From: Alkalilimnicola ehrlichii MLHE-1 | GTDB lineage: Bacteria > Pseudomonadota > Gammaproteobacteria > Nitrococcales > Halorhodospiraceae | Direction: 5' to 3' | Assembly: GCF_000014785.1 (NCBI RefSeq) | Contig: NC_008340.1 | Coordinates: 1,170,001-1,202,000 of the forward strand | Length of the DNA stretch: 32,000 bases | Shown: positions 24,069-32,000 of the stretch, piece by piece | Numbering within the stretch: the stretch's first letter is position 1 | Layout of the letters: each line of letters begins with the position of its first letter | Program-made: the position numbers and the translations under genes | The notes under the pieces: generated by a model | Told to the model about the DNA's origin: nothing | Database searches by the model: none | The model's input: only the letters and a program-made list of their open reading frames with translations

Positions 24069-25259
24069 TCAGATTTCCCGCAGTGCGTGCCGGTTCATAC
24101 GGTGCAGGGCCAGCAGGCCCAGCACCGGTCCGGGGAGCAGCCACCACATCACCCCCAGCTCCTGCTGCGACCAGAAATGGGTGGTTAGCGCAATGGCGGG
24201 CAGGGTCATGGCAAAGCCGATGGCGTTCATGATAGCCAGCGCCGCGCCCAGGCGCGCGCGCGGCGCCGTCGCCGATGCCAGGGCGGAGAACTGGGGCGAG
24301 TCGGCGATCACGGCCAGCCCCCAAACGGCAAGTAGTGCCAGAAGGAAGAGGGGTGGGGCATCCCCCAGCAGCGGATAGAGCAGGCACAGGGTGCCGGAGA
24401 TGGCCAGGGTCAGGCGGGCCACATTGAAGCTGCTCAGCCAGCGGCTGATGCGCCCGCCCCAGACGCAGCCGGGCAGGCCCAGGGCGATGACCGCGAAGGC
24501 CAACCAGGGCAGCCAGCCCGGGCCCAGTGCCAGGCGCTCGATCTCGCGGCCGACCAGGAAAGGCACCAGGGTCCAGAAGGCGTACAACTCCCAGCAGTGC
24601 CCGAAGTAGCCGAAGGCCGAAGCCCGGAAGTTGCCGCAGCCGAAGGCTGCTAGCCCGGCCCAGGGCCGGCCACCCGGCGCCGGTCCGGGCAGCTCGGGGC
24701 CATCACCGAGGGAATGGATGAGCCAGGCCGCCACCAGCGCCAGGCCGGAGGCCAGCAGCAGCGGCCACTGCCAGGGCAGTTCGAAGGTGGCCCCGCGCAG
24801 CAGGTGAGGCAGGGCGGTGCCCAGGGTCAGCATGCCCACCAGCCAGCCCAGCGCCGCGCCGGCGTAGCGGGGCGTCCAACTGACTACCAGTTTCATACCC
24901 AGGGGATAGATCCCCGCCAGGCACAGGCCGGTGAGAAAGCGGGCTGTCACCCCCAGGTGGAGATCACCCGCCACCAGGATGAAGCCGGCGTTGATCACCG
25001 CGCCGGTCACCGCCGCAATGGCGAACAGCCGGCTTGCCCGCACCCGGTCGGCGAGCCCCGTGGTGGCAATGATCAGGGTGCCGGTGATGAAGCCGGCCTG
25101 AACCGCCATGGTGAGCAGGCCCAGGCCGGTGTCGCTGAGCGCCACCGCTTCGCTGAGGGCCAGCCCCACGCCGTTGACACTGAACCAAAGCGAGGTGCCG
25201 AACAGCTGGGCGATGACAATGACGGCCAGCGGATGCCGCGCGAGTCGGTTCCTTAGCAT
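24069..25259 (-). CDS. MFS transporter
   Basis: 396 aa, ~12 hydrophobic segments, with an MFS motif-A-like GLADRVRASR between TM2 and TM3. Confidence 0.8.
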   Translation of the reverse strand: MLRNRLARHPLAVIVIAQLFGTSLWFSVNGVGLALSEAVALSDTGLGLLTMAVQAGFITGTLIIATTGLADRVRASRLFAIAAVTGAVINAGFILVAGDLHLGVTARFLTGLCLAGIYPLGMKLVVSWTPRYAGAALGWLVGMLTLGTALPHLLRGATFELPWQWPLLLASGLALVAAWLIHSLGDGPELPGPAPGGRPWAGLAAFGCGNFRASAFGYFGHCWELYAFWTLVPFLVGREIERLALGPGWLPWLAFAVIALGLPGCVWGGRISRWLSSFNVARLTLAISGTLCLLYPLLGDAPPLFLLALLAVWGLAVIADSPQFSALASATAPRARLGAALAIMNAIGFAMTLPAIALTTHFWSQQELGVMWWLLPGPVLGLLALHRMNRHALREI

Positions 25260-25580
25260 GCCGTATGGTGCCCACTGGGAAATGGAGCAGTGTAGCAGCA
25301 GACTGCGGCACAGGGTCGCGGAGCCCGCCCCCCGTCACGGAGAGCCGCGCGGCCGCAATGGCCGGACCGCCAGCCTCGACGCCGCATTCCGGTGAGAGTT
25401 AAGGCGTAAGTGTTAGTAAAAAACCCAAGAAAAACACTTGGTTGCAACAGTGATAAACCCGCAATAAAAAGGGGGTAAGACGCTTCCCGCCACTGGTGGC
25501 CGGGGCGTCCCGCCCTCAACGCACAGGGCAACGCTGTGGTTCTCAGCATCATATTCGCTACCGATTCAAGGAGGCTGGCG

Positions 25581-25706
25581 ATGGCTGGACATGAAGAGTT
25601 CGACGGGGAGAAGCACCCCCTGCTGTGGTTGCTGATTGTGGTACTCGGGTTGTTGGTGGGCCTCGTTCCCGGCGTTACAGGCATCGTGGCCCTGGTCGCC
25701 GGGTAA
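25581..25706 (+). CDS. Candidate 41-aa single-pass membrane protein (not in the ORF track)
   Basis: ATG 25581 is preceded by AAGGAGG at 6-nt spacing. The product is MAGHEEFDGEKHPLLWLLIVVLGLLVGLVPGVTGIVALVAG, a charged head plus a hydrophobic helix. Third-position GC is ~78%, matching the coding bias of this genome. GC-rich hairpins follow the stop. Confidence 0.35.
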   Translation: MAGHEEFDGEKHPLLWLLIVVLGLLVGLVPGVTGIVALVAG

Positions 25707-25794
25707 GCGTTGTTGCCCGGGGCTCCGGGCGATGCCAGGGGGCTCCCCAAGCCCAACGGGGAGGCCCTCTTCCCGGCGGGCTTCGGCTCCCTGG

Positions 25795-27315
25795 TCAGGT
25801 ACCGCAGAAGGTCTGATAGACCTGCTGCTCCGGCCGGGGCGGGGCGGCCAGTGCCTCCGCCTCCGGCTGCGGGTCGTAGGGGCGGGTCAGCACCTGCAGC
25901 AGCCGGTCCATGGGGCCGAAATCCCCCCGCTCGGTGGCGGCATCCACCGCCCATTGGGCCAAGTGGTTGCGCAGGATGAACTTGGGGTTTACCGCCCGCA
26001 TGGCGGCCTGGCGTGCCGGCTCCGGCCGTCCCTCCTGGCGTAATCGCTGGATCCAGCGTGCGCGCCAGCCATCCAGGGCCTCGGGCCGGGCGAAGCAGCG
26101 TCGGGCGGGCCCTTCGTCGGGATCATCCATCCGCTCGTCGGAAAGGGCGCGGAAGACCTGGGTGAAGTCCGCCTGTTGCCGAGCCATGAGATCAAGCAAC
26201 TCGTGCGCCAGGTCGATGTCCCCGCGGCGGCTTTCGGCAAGGCCCAGCTTGGCCCGCAGTCGGGCATGGTGGCAGGCCTCGAAGCGCGGGAGGAAGCCGT
26301 TCAGCGCCTCCCCGGCCCGCGCCACGGCCTCGTCCTCATCCTCGTGCAGCAATGGCAGCAGGGTCTCCGCCAACCGGGTGAGGTTCCAGTGCGCGATCCG
26401 CGGCTGTTGGTCGAAGGCGTAACGGTTTTCAATGTCGATGGCGCTGTAGCAGGTCCTGGGGTGGTAGGCGTCCAGGAAGCCGAAGGGCCCGTAATCCAGG
26501 GTCTCGCCCACCAGCGAGGTGTTATCGGTGTTCATCACCCCGTGGATGAAGCCCACGCTGATCCAGTGGGCCACCAGCTCGGCAGTGCGATCGATCACCG
26601 CCTTCAATAACGCGAGATGGGGCCGCGCGTCGTCTGCCAGTTCCGGGTAATGGCGGGCGATAACGTAATCGGCCAGGGTCCTCAGGGCGTCGACATCCTC
26701 CCGCCAGTGGAAGTACTCGAAGGTGCCCACCCGCACATGGCTGTGCGCCACCCGGGTGAGGATGCCGCCGGGCTCCACCCGCTCGCGCAGCACCGGCTCC
26801 CCGGTGGTCACCGCCGCCAGCGAGCGGGTGGTGGGGATGCCCAGGGCGTGCATGGCCTCGCTCGCCAGGTATTCGCGGACCACCGGTCCGATGGGCGCCC
26901 GCCCGTCACCACCCCGGGAGAAGGGGGTGATGCCGGAGCCCTTGAGCTGAATGTCCCGGCGCCGGCCGTCCCTGTCCACTACCTCGCCCAACAGCACCGC
27001 CCGGCCATCACCCAGTTGCGGCACCCACTGCCCGAATTGGTGGCCGGCATAGGCCAGGGCGATGGGTTCCGCCCCCTCAGGCAGACGGTTGCCGGCGAAC
27101 ATCGCCAGGCCCGCCTTACCGCGTAAGGCCGCCACCTCCAGCCCCAATGCTTCGGCCAGAGGCTCGTTGAGCCGCACCAGACCGGGCTGTGCCACCGGGG
27201 TCGGCCGCACACGGGCAAAGAAGCGCTCGGGCAGCCGGGCGTAACTGTTGTCAAAGGGCCAGATAGGTTCTGCCGGCATCGGGGCGGCTCCCTGTTGATT
27301 CCCTATGGCCGTCAT
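25795..27315 (-). CDS. selO: Protein adenylyltransferase SelO (YdiU/UPF0061)
   Basis: Hallmark motifs are present: FDNSYARLPERFF, GHQFGQWVPQLGDGRA, LKGSGITPFSRGGDGRA, HSHVRVGTFE and GFIHGVMNTDNTSLVGETLDYGPFGF. The second ATG at 27279 has the better SD (GGGAG) and may be the true start. Confidence 0.9.
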   Translation of the reverse strand: MTAIGNQQGAAPMPAEPIWPFDNSYARLPERFFARVRPTPVAQPGLVRLNEPLAEALGLEVAALRGKAGLAMFAGNRLPEGAEPIALAYAGHQFGQWVPQLGDGRAVLLGEVVDRDGRRRDIQLKGSGITPFSRGGDGRAPIGPVVREYLASEAMHALGIPTTRSLAAVTTGEPVLRERVEPGGILTRVAHSHVRVGTFEYFHWREDVDALRTLADYVIARHYPELADDARPHLALLKAVIDRTAELVAHWISVGFIHGVMNTDNTSLVGETLDYGPFGFLDAYHPRTCYSAIDIENRYAFDQQPRIAHWNLTRLAETLLPLLHEDEDEAVARAGEALNGFLPRFEACHHARLRAKLGLAESRRGDIDLAHELLDLMARQQADFTQVFRALSDERMDDPDEGPARRCFARPEALDGWRARWIQRLRQEGRPEPARQAAMRAVNPKFILRNHLAQWAVDAATERGDFGPMDRLLQVLTRPYDPQPEAEALAAPPRPEQQVYQTFCGT

Positions 27316-27412
27316 AGTCTACTGAAGATGTTGATTGAATTGCTCAGTCATTGTGGGATCGCCCGCCGGGTGCGGTCGGGCGGCCCGGCATCGGGGGTGA
27401 GGGGGCCTGGTC

Positions 27413-28765
27413 ATGCGCACGTGGATTGCCATCCTGGCGGTGGTGCTAGTCCTGTTGCTCAACGCCTGTACCGACGGGCCGGAGGACGGCCCCCGGCTGG
27501 AGCACCCCGACGAGACGGGGGTGCTGCGGGTGGTGACGCGCAATAGCGCCACCACCTATTACCTGGACCGTCACGAGCGGGCGGTAGGGCCGGAGGTGGC
27601 GCTGGTGGAGGCGTTCGCGGACCACCGGGGCTGGACGGTGGACTGGACCGTGGCGGCCACCACGGCGGAAGTGCTGGATTACCTGGAGGCCGGCGCCGCC
27701 CACCTGGCCGCTGCCGGGCTGACGCACTTGGATTCGCGCAACCAACGCTTCGAGCGCGGCCCGGCCCACACCGAGATTACCCAGCAGGTGGTCTGTCACC
27801 GGGACCGGACCGACAAACCCCGCAGCCCGGAAGACCTGGAGGAGGTGGTGTTAAAGGTGACGGCCGCCTCCAGTTACGTGGAACGGCTGGAGGTCCTGGC
27901 GGAGCGCTATGACGCATTGACCTTCCAGGAGGATCAGCGCGGTTCGGAACAACTGCTGATGGCGGTGGAGGAGGGGCGGTTGGCGTGCACCGTTGCCGAC
28001 TCCAATATCGTGCGCCTCAACCGCCGCTACCTGCCCCACCTGGACGTCACGATGGATCTGACCGAGGGCCAGAACCTGGGCTGGTACCTGGCCGAGGGCC
28101 AGGAACGCCTGGCGCAGCAGGCCTTTGAGTGGATGAACAGCCGCGCCGGGGACGAGGTCATCGCGGCGATGGAGAACCGCTACTATACCTATGTCGGCGA
28201 GTTCGACTTCGTCGATCTGCGGGCGCTGAAACGGCGGATGGAAAGCCGCCTGCCGCGCTATCAGCGCCATTTTGAGCAGGCCGAGGCGGAGACCGATATG
28301 CCGGCGGACCTGCTCGCCGCGCTGGCCTACCAGGAATCGCACTGGGATCCACAGGCGCGCAGTCCCACCGGGGTGCGTGGCATGATGATGCTGACCGGCC
28401 GCACGGCCGAGTCCCTGGGTGTGAATGACCGCCTGGACCCGGAGCAGAGCATCATGGGCGGGGCCCGCTACCTCGCCGACCGGCACGAGCGGTTGCCCGA
28501 GCACATCCCTGAGCCGGACCGTACCTTCCTGGCCCTGGCCAGCTACAACGTCGGTCGCGGGCATCTTTTGGACGCCCGCCAGCTGGCCCGCGACCTGGGC
28601 CGGGACCCGGACGACTGGCAGGAGATGCGCGAGGTACTGCCCCTGCTCTCCGACGAGCGGTATTACCCGAACCTGCGCTACGGCTACGCCCGCGGCTATG
28701 AGCCGGTGCACTTCGTCGCCCGTATCCGCAACTACCGGGATGTGATCCGGCAGGCGTTCGAGTGA
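27413..28765 (+). CDS. mltF: Membrane-bound lytic murein transglycosylase F
   Basis: 450 aa with a signal/lipoprotein-like N-terminus (LLLNAC). A periplasmic solute-binding-like domain is followed by an SLT domain with the catalytic motif LAYQESHWDP and the later ALASYNVGRGHL. Confidence 0.9.
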   Translation: MRTWIAILAVVLVLLLNACTDGPEDGPRLEHPDETGVLRVVTRNSATTYYLDRHERAVGPEVALVEAFADHRGWTVDWTVAATTAEVLDYLEAGAAHLAAAGLTHLDSRNQRFERGPAHTEITQQVVCHRDRTDKPRSPEDLEEVVLKVTAASSYVERLEVLAERYDALTFQEDQRGSEQLLMAVEEGRLACTVADSNIVRLNRRYLPHLDVTMDLTEGQNLGWYLAEGQERLAQQAFEWMNSRAGDEVIAAMENRYYTYVGEFDFVDLRALKRRMESRLPRYQRHFEQAEAETDMPADLLAALAYQESHWDPQARSPTGVRGMMMLTGRTAESLGVNDRLDPEQSIMGGARYLADRHERLPEHIPEPDRTFLALASYNVGRGHLLDARQLARDLGRDPDDWQEMREVLPLLSDERYYPNLRYGYARGYEPVHFVARIRNYRDVIRQAFE

Positions 28766-28976
28766 GTTCGTTTCCCCAACCGGTACGTGATGCCCGGGAA
28801 CCCGCCGCGCCCTTGGATTGGACACGGTCCCGAGTCTGTACTAATTCTGAAAGACAGCCATAGTTGCCTAGTTCTTAAGCTTGGTTTCCCTCTCGGCGTG
28901 GGCCCTGGCGTCCTTCGACCCGGGTGGCGATGCCATCGCTTGAGTCCGCGGTAGGGATTGCTGCCTGGGGGAAGGT

Positions 28977-31900
28977 ATGAAAAACGGGACGCAGGGGACC
29001 CGTCGGGGACGGCGCAGGCACAAGCCCGTTCCTGATCACCCGGTGGAGGGACCCGGGTGGCGCCGGGATCCTCTGGCGCTGGCCATCTCCGCGGCGTTGG
29101 CGTGCGGTGGGGCCTTCCCCTCTGCCAGTGCCGCCGGCAGTAGTATTACGGTCAAGGACAACAAGACCGAGACCGACATCTCCGACGCCCCCGGTGTCGA
29201 TGGCGGCACCCGCTACACCATCACCACCGAATCGCTGACCGATTCCGGCCGGACCGGCCTCAACGCATTTGCCGAGTTCATCCTGGCCAGCGGGGACCGG
29301 GCGGACCTGGTGTTGCCCGATGGCACCCTGAACCTCATCAACCTGGTCTACGACAGCCGCGCTAAGATCCACGGGGAACTGTTCAGTCAGCTGGACGGCG
29401 AGTTCGGCGAAGGGCACCTGCTGTTCGCCACGCCCCACGGGATGCTGGTGGGGGCGGAGGGGGCGATCAACGCCGGGGCGCTGACCGCCATCGCCCCCCG
29501 CTCCTCGCAACTGGATCGGATCCTGGACGGCGATGTCGGCCTCGGCGAACTGATGCGGGGCGAGGTTGAACTGGACCCGGAAGCCACCATCGAGATTCAG
29601 GGGGAGATCGACGCCGACCACGTGCGCCTGATCGGTCATCAGGTGCTGGTCCAGAGCGGCGCCCGGATCGAGATCGCCGACCCCATTGACGACCACGAGG
29701 CGGTGTTCGGCTCGGCGGTGAATATCGACGGCCTGGAGAGCGGGGCAGGGATCGCCGTCGACGCCGGCGACCTGGTCATCGCCGGTGAGCGCCGCGCCGA
29801 GGTCTATGGTGACCTGCTGGCCCAGGATGGCGGCGTGGTGGTGCGCGCCCACAACGTCGGGCGGTCGGACCTCGGGGTCACCCGGGCCGACGCGGAGGTG
29901 GCGATCGGCGGCCGGATCGAGGCCGAGGACATCACCCTGTCCGCCCGGGTCGATGCGGAGGCGGAACTGGACCTGGTGGAGGCGCTCAAGGGCCGGGTCG
30001 AGGCGCTGGTGCCGGAGGGGCTGGAAGAGGTCGCCGAGTCGGCCATCGACAGCGGACTGGAGGCCGTCGACGACGAGCTCGACAACCAGGATCTGCCGGA
30101 CTTCGGGCTTGGGCTCGGTCTGGTGGACGCCTCGGCCATCGTCACCCTGGAGGACGGTGCGGAACTGGACGCGGGCGGGAACGTGAACATCCATGCCGAG
30201 GCGCAGCGCACCGCCCGCGCCGAGGCGCATGCCGACGGCGACGGCCTCGGTGGCGCCTTCGCCCTGGCCTCGATCAGCGGGCAGACCGCGGTCACCGTGG
30301 AAGAGGGCGCGAGCATTGTGGCCGGCGGTGACATCGACCTGCGCGCGGCCAGTCACAATGAATTGGTGGCCGAGGCCGTCACCGAGGTGGGCGACGGTTT
30401 TGACGTCGGCCTGGGCGGCAGTGTGGCCCTGGGCTTCCTACAGTCGGAGCCGGAGGATGGCGGCACCACCGTCCAGGTGCAGGAGGGGGCGACCCTCGCC
30501 GCCGGGGGCGATCTCGGCCTGTCGGCGTTCACGGAACACGATGTCACCGTCGACGCCACCACCACGCTCGGCAGCGGGGGCGAGGCGGCTTTTGGCGCCA
30601 CGGTGGCCTACCTGGGTCTGGACTGGACCACCCGCACGCTGCTCACCGGCGGGGCGGTCGCCGACGACACCGTTGAACCCCCCGTGGGCATCGTCGCCGG
30701 CGGTGACCTGCGGATGGTGGCGCGCACCGACCAGGCGATCCACACCGGGGCCTCGGTGGAGACCACCGGCGACATCAGTGTGGGGCTGGCGGCGGCGGTG
30801 GCCGAGTTGAACAACACCACCCGCGTGGTCCTGGACGGTACGGTGCGGGCGGGCGGGGACGCGACCCTGCTGGCGGAATCCATCACCCGGGCGCAGCACA
30901 CCGTGGCCACCACCCGGGCCGCGGAGGACGCTGACAATAACGGCGGTAATGGCAACGACGGACCGGACGAGGCCGCCGACGATCAAGGCACCTCCGACTA
31001 CGTGGCCGGTCTGGTCGGTGACGTGGATACCGGCGAGCCGGAGGAGACCCCGGGTGCCGGTGGCAATGGCGGCCTGGCCCTGGATATCGGGGCGGCGGTG
31101 GCCTACACCGATGCCCGGGACAGCGCCAGCACCACCCTCGGAGGCAATACCCAGCTGTTGCCACCCGCCGGCCCGCTGGGACCGGGTGGCCAGGTGGCCA
31201 TCGTCTCCCGCCGGCAGTTGGACAATCTCTCCACCCGCGCCCGCTCCGGCACCGAGGCCACCGGCCCGGACGGTGACGACGGGGCCAACAGCATCAACGC
31301 GGCGGTCAGTTACGCCCGGCTTGACCAGATCGCCCGTACCGAGATCGCCGACGGTGCCCGCATCGAGGCCGGGCGCATCGGCGTTGGCGCCGAGGTGGAT
31401 CTGCCCGCACGGGTGGCGTGGGGTGACGAGGACAACGAGGACGGGCCGGGCGGGCTGGACGACATTGCGGGCGCTGACAGCGATGATCTGGACGACTGGT
31501 TGACCAGCGAGGCCAGCACGTCGTCGGAGACCGGCGGCACGGTGAATATCGCCGGGGCGGTGAACCTGCTGGACCTGACCGCCACTGCCGAGGCGCTGGT
31601 GGGCACTGGTGACGATCCCACCGATGTGACCACCCTGCACGCGGTGGGTGATGGCGGTGACTGGGAAACCGAGCTGGGCGGTGACACCACCTGGCACTGG
31701 GACGATGCCGTTGCCGTGGCGGCCCGCAGCCGGGTGGAGACCGTGGACGTGGCGGGGCAGGCGGCGGCCGCCGGCACCGTGGGTGTTGGTGGCGGCGTCA
31801 ACTGGCACCTGCGGGAGAGCACCGCCCGGGCGCGCCTGGCCGGCAGCGCGGATATCAGCGCCGACACCGGCGGCGTGTCGGTGTCCGCCGATCGTCGGGA

Positions 31901-32000
31901 CAGGGCCATCGTGCTCACCCCGATAGCCGGAGAGTCTGATGGTGGTGCCGTTGGCCTGGGGGCGTCGGTGGCCTATGCCCGTATCGACGGGACCAGCCAG
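28977..32000 (+). CDS. Large secreted filamentous-haemagglutinin/LktA-like adhesin (TPS-type secretion domain, FxxPxG variant); 3' end outside window
   Basis: Frame 3 is open from the in-frame TGA at 28941 to base 32000, i.e. 1008 codons from ATG 28977. My translation gives a signal peptide (...LALAISAALACGGAFPSASA). A TPS-like domain follows: GTRYTITTESL...GLNAFAEFILASGDRADLVLP...LINLVYDSRAKIHGEL...GHLLFATPHGMLVGAEGAINAGALT. After that comes acidic Gly/Ala/Thr/Asp-rich repetitive sequence. It is absent from the ORF track only because it has no stop in the window. Confidence 0.8.
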   Translation, partial: MKNGTQGTRRGRRRHKPVPDHPVEGPGWRRDPLALAISAALACGGAFPSASAAGSSITVKDNKTETDISDAPGVDGGTRYTITTESLTDSGRTGLNAFAEFILASGDRADLVLPDGTLNLINLVYDSRAKIHGELFSQLDGEFGEGHLLFATPHGMLVGAEGAINAGALTAIAPRSSQLDRILDGDVGLGELMRGEVELDPEATIEIQGEIDADHVRLIGHQVLVQSGARIEIADPIDDHEAVFGSAVNIDGLESGAGIAVDAGDLVIAGERRAEVYGDLLAQDGGVVVRAHNVGRSDLGVTRADAEVAIGGRIEAEDITLSARVDAEAELDLVEALKGRVEALVPEGLEEVAESAIDSGLEAVDDELDNQDLPDFGLGLGLVDASAIVTLEDGAELDAGGNVNIHAEAQRTARAEAHADGDGLGGAFALASISGQTAVTVEEGASIVAGGDIDLRAASHNELVAEAVTEVGDGFDVGLGGSVALGFLQSEPEDGGTTVQVQEGATLAAGGDLGLSAFTEHDVTVDATTTLGSGGEAAFGATVAYLGLDWTTRTLLTGGAVADDTVEPPVGIVAGGDLRMVARTDQAIHTGASVETTGDISVGLAAAVAELNNTTRVVLDGTVRAGGDATLLAESITRAQHTVATTRAAEDADNNGGNGNDGPDEAADDQGTSDYVAGLVGDVDTGEPEETPGAGGNGGLALDIGAAVAYTDARDSASTTLGGNTQLLPPAGPLGPGGQVAIVSRRQLDNLSTRARSGTEATGPDGDDGANSINAAVSYARLDQIARTEIADGARIEAGRIGVGAEVDLPARVAWGDEDNEDGPGGLDDIAGADSDDLDDWLTSEASTSSETGGTVNIAGAVNLLDLTATAEALVGTGDDPTDVTTLHAVGDGGDWETELGGDTTWHWDDAVAVAARSRVETVDVAGQAAAAGTVGVGGGVNWHLRESTARARLAGSADISADTGGVSVSADRRDRAIVLTPIAGESDGGAVGLGASVAYARIDGTSQ

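Noticed and set aside
28875-31808. Two long minus-strand ORFs (493 and 456 aa), plus the plus-strand ORFs 29785-30186, 30193-30810, 30949-31503 and 31648-31926
   Set aside because: All overlap the open frame-3 adhesin ORF. Their translations are Arg/Pro/Gly/Ala-rich low-complexity sequence. The frame-3 product has a signal peptide and a TPS-like domain.
1-32000. Search for defence islands, toxin-antitoxin pairs, integrases, transposases, prophage remnants and tRNA/rRNA genes
   Set aside because: No ORF on either strand showed recognisable motifs of these classes. Apart from short AT-rich promoter patches, composition looks uniform, so I see no sign of a recently acquired island other than possibly the adhesin gene at the right edge.

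Overview
High-GC (roughly 65-68% by eye) proteobacterial chromosomal segment. It is densely coding and has gamma-proteobacterial gene content (MltF, OprC, SelO, Pat/YfiQ-type acetyltransferase). I recognise no transposase, integrase, phage, CRISPR-Cas or known defence genes.

Left to right:
- 3' part of a P-type ATPase
- DsbA/FrnE-like oxidoreductase
- membrane alpha/beta-hydrolase
- complete acetone carboxylase locus on the minus strand (acxA-acxB-acxC, then the sigma-54 activator acxR), with a textbook -24/-12 promoter and a candidate upstream activator site
- membrane-anchored glutaredoxin-like protein
- DUF3634 protein
- Tat-exported YcbK/MepK-like peptidase
- a ~530 bp nest of GC-rich palindromic REP/MITE-like elements that includes a 4 x 29 bp tandem array
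- short-form thiI
- orphan ACP-like protein
- Pat-type protein lysine acetyltransferase
- DUF123 (GIY-YIG-like) protein
- OprC/NosA-type TonB-dependent copper receptor
- glyoxalase I
- Mn/Fe-type metal ABC importer with a Fur-family-like operator
- MFS transporter
- SelO
- MltF
- at the right edge, a >1008-codon ORF still open at the window end

That last ORF is missing from the supplied ORF track because it has no stop in the window. It reads as an FxxPxG-variant filamentous-haemagglutinin/LktA-like secreted adhesin.

Most other long ORFs in the track are antisense or out-of-frame shadows, as expected for high-GC DNA.

I do not see compelling evidence for a wholly novel multi-gene system. The best second-look items are the unlisted giant exoprotein, the repeat nest, the acx regulatory architecture and a few unannotated small ORFs. 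All homology statements come from my recognition of motifs; no search was run.
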